Of a DNA stretch of 64,000 nucleotides, positions 61,898-64,000 are shown one piece after another. Below the pieces are notes generated by a model. It did not search any database, had not been told where the DNA came from, and saw only the letters and a program-made list of their open reading frames with translations. A program made the position numbers and the translations under genes. How positions within the stretch are numbered: position 1 is the stretch's first letter; each line of letters opens with the position of its first letter. The DNA is from an uncultured delta proteobacterium (GTDB lineage Bacteria > Desulfobacterota > Syntrophobacteria > BM002): contig CAVQGX010000033.1 in NCBI GenBank assembly GCA_963712115.1, positions 1 through 64,000 of the forward strand, given 5' to 3'.

Positions 61898-62692
61898 ATG
61901 GTTACTATTCCTAATCTGTCAAAAAAAAATACAATTCCCGACCAAGCCGCCTCGGAAAGGGTCACACTTGCAAACCTACCCCGGCACCTGGCCATCATTA
62001 TGGATGGCAATGGTCGTTGGGCCAAGGAGCGCAATCTCAGCCGTATTGAGGGTCATCGTGCCGGAGCTGAGTCAGTGCGAGTCATAGTTCGATCCTGCCG
62101 TAAAATTGGCATCCCAGTCCTCACCCTCTATGCTTTCTCCAAAGAAAACTGGCAGCGCCCCTCTCGTGAGGTTCAGGCCCTTTGGCGCCTTTTAAGCAGA
62201 TATCTCAAATCCGAACTCGGAGAGATGATGGAGAACTCCATCCGACTCAATGCCATAGGGGACATCCAAGAATTGCCGAAAAGCGTTCACCGTCTTCTAG
62301 TTGACACTATGGAGCAAACCAGGACAAACCGCGATATGGTCCTTAATCTAGCTCTCAGTTACGGCGGTCGAAGCGAGATAGTCAGAGCTGCGCAGAAGTT
62401 GGCGGCCGCCTGCGTGGAAAAGGAGCTGAAACCTGCGGAAATAGATGAAGCGATATTTTCTAAGAATCTCTATACGGCAGACATGCCAGATCCGGACCTC
62501 CTCATTCGCACCAGCGGTGAGCAACGGATAAGCAACTTTCTCCTCTGGCAAATGGCCTATACCGAGCTTTATGTCAGTCCCCTATACTGGCCCGACTTCC
62601 GTGAGCCAGAACTAATGGAGGCACTCGCCGACTATCAGCGGCGCGAAAGAAGATTTGGTAAAACTGGAGAACAAAAAGGAAAGGAGGCGTAG
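61898..62692 (+). CDS. uppS: undecaprenyl diphosphate synthase
   Basis: IMDGNGRWA, FSKENW and RTSGEQRISNFLLWQ motifs. Confidence 0.97.
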   Translation: MVTIPNLSKKNTIPDQAASERVTLANLPRHLAIIMDGNGRWAKERNLSRIEGHRAGAESVRVIVRSCRKIGIPVLTLYAFSKENWQRPSREVQALWRLLSRYLKSELGEMMENSIRLNAIGDIQELPKSVHRLLVDTMEQTRTNRDMVLNLALSYGGRSEIVRAAQKLAAACVEKELKPAEIDEAIFSKNLYTADMPDPDLLIRTSGEQRISNFLLWQMAYTELYVSPLYWPDFREPELMEALADYQRRERRFGKTGEQKGKEA

Positions 62693-62774
62693 GAGCTTTC
62701 AATTGATGGCAGCACCCGCCCTTCTTCAGCAGCAGGAGTGCAGATTTGGTAATATTCTGGAGCAATGGAGATAT

Positions 62775-62918
62775 AGCAGCTGTATAGCCGGTATCTCCCT
62801 GGAAAGAATCAGCCGAGCCATGATTCCTTTTTTGCTCGCTGCAATAGTGGTGCTCTTGCTGGTCACTTACATCTCCTCTCTTTCCATGTGGATCCCACAA
62901 CTCTATCTGCAGCGGTAA
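62775..62918 (+). pseudogene. C-terminal remnant of a TRAP large permease (DctM)
   Basis: IAGISLERISRAMIPFLLAAIVVLLLVTYISSLSMWIPQL resembles the last TM of DctM; no upstream body is present. Confidence 0.6.
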
Positions 62919-63034
62919 TACAGCAACGCGCATAGCCCGTCTCGCTCGTGTCGGTTCCTTTTGTGCCTAATCTCAAAACAGACTTGATGCAAGGGCAATT
63001 TCATATTATGTTGTCGGTTCTATAAGGCGAAATT

Positions 63035-63862
63035 ATGGAGAAGAATTCGGTTGACAAGCAGCACTTGCATCGCTGGCTGACCGCAGCTGTGGCTCTGCCA
63101 CTATTAGCGCTTATTATTGCCCTCGGGCCTGGCTGGCTCTTGCTCAGCCTTGTAGTTTTGGTAACCACGGGCGGGATGCTGGAACTACTTAGCTTGCTCT
63201 TACCTGAGACAAAGTCCTGGGTCCGAATTGCAACTCTGGCTACAGGTTTGCTGTTGCCGCTGGCGACATACTGGAAAGGGATCCTCGGCCTAAGCACTGC
63301 CACAGTTGTTGTAATTTTCGTGGCGCTTACCATCCATTTACTGCTCTATGCCAAACAGAAAGCTGTCCTGCAATCTTTGGGATCAATGGTTTTTGCTCAG
63401 CTCTACATTCCCTTTTTGCTGAGCCATGTGTTGCTCCTTTTTCAGGTGCCATCCGGGCGACGCTGGATCTTCTTTCTTTTCTTTGTCATTTTTGCTGGAG
63501 ACACCGGCGCATACTACGCTGGCCACCGCTGGGGACGGCACAAGCTTTGGCCTGCTGTCAGCCCTGGAAAGACAGTCGAGGGCGCCATTGGCGGCCTTTT
63601 GAGCTCATTGGCGACTGCTCTGCTGGTTGGAAAGCTATTGCTTTCTCTAGGTGAATTCGGTATCACCTTTCTTCTCTCTTTAGGATTGGTTATAGCTTCG
63701 GCAGGCCAGATGGGTGACCTGATGGAATCAATGATTAAACGAGTAAGTCAGGTTAAGGACGCCAGTAGCATACTTCCCGGACATGGAGGTCTGCTGGATC
63801 GATTGGACAGTTTGATCTTCGCTTTTCCTTTGACTTACTATGGGGTCGTTTTCTTCGCTTAA
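63035..63862 (+). CDS. cdsA: phosphatidate cytidylyltransferase
   Basis: DTGAY, SPGKTVEG, GDLMES..KR and PGHGGLLDRLDS motifs. Confidence 0.96.
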   Translation: MEKNSVDKQHLHRWLTAAVALPLLALIIALGPGWLLLSLVVLVTTGGMLELLSLLLPETKSWVRIATLATGLLLPLATYWKGILGLSTATVVVIFVALTIHLLLYAKQKAVLQSLGSMVFAQLYIPFLLSHVLLLFQVPSGRRWIFFLFFVIFAGDTGAYYAGHRWGRHKLWPAVSPGKTVEGAIGGLLSSLATALLVGKLLLSLGEFGITFLLSLGLVIASAGQMGDLMESMIKRVSQVKDASSILPGHGGLLDRLDSLIFAFPLTYYGVVFFA

Positions 63863-63863
63863 A

Positions 63864-63995
63864 AATTGAGGAATTAAGGAATTAGGGAATTGGGGAATTA
63901 GGAAATTGAGGAATTAAGGAATTAAAAGATTGGGCTTCGTCTTTTTTCGAATCCCTAGATCCCTGAATTCCTGCATTCCTGAATCCCTAAATTCC
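63864..63995. repeat. 9-nt periodic tract (GGAATTGAG-like) with inverted partner
   Basis: aattgaggaattaaggaattagggaattgggg ... cctgaattcctgcattcctgaatccctaaattcc; similar tract at 14985-15090. Confidence 0.7.
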
Positions 63996-64000
63996 TTTAT

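Overview
64-kb chromosomal window from a deltaproteobacterial (Desulfobacterota-like) genome, judged from gene content and protein style. It is mostly housekeeping: ribF, hflX, paaK, rpsF-rpsR-rplI-dnaB, pgk, fba-glpX, argA-secA-argJ, rpsB-tsf-pyrH-frr-uppS-cdsA and four tRNAs. It also has two Mla/MCE lipid-transport loci. No transposase, integrase, prophage or CRISPR array was seen. The strongest finding is an archease-RtcB RNA-ligase operon. The ORF track splits rtcB in two, but the break is one in-frame TGA at the metal-binding Cys of the GYDIN-C-GVR motif, followed by a SECIS-like hairpin, so this is a predicted selenocysteine RtcB. Other candidates: hflX apparently starting at ATC; a Gre-factor homolog without its catalytic acidic residues; an Mla ATPase fused to a degenerate GGDEF domain; a second Mla system with a degenerate ATPase; four frameshifts clustered in the mla/pqi operon; a structured cooT leader; and intergenic DNA built from nested MITE/REP-like and 7/9-nt periodic repeats. 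All calls come from motif reading and recalled family knowledge; no database searches were run.
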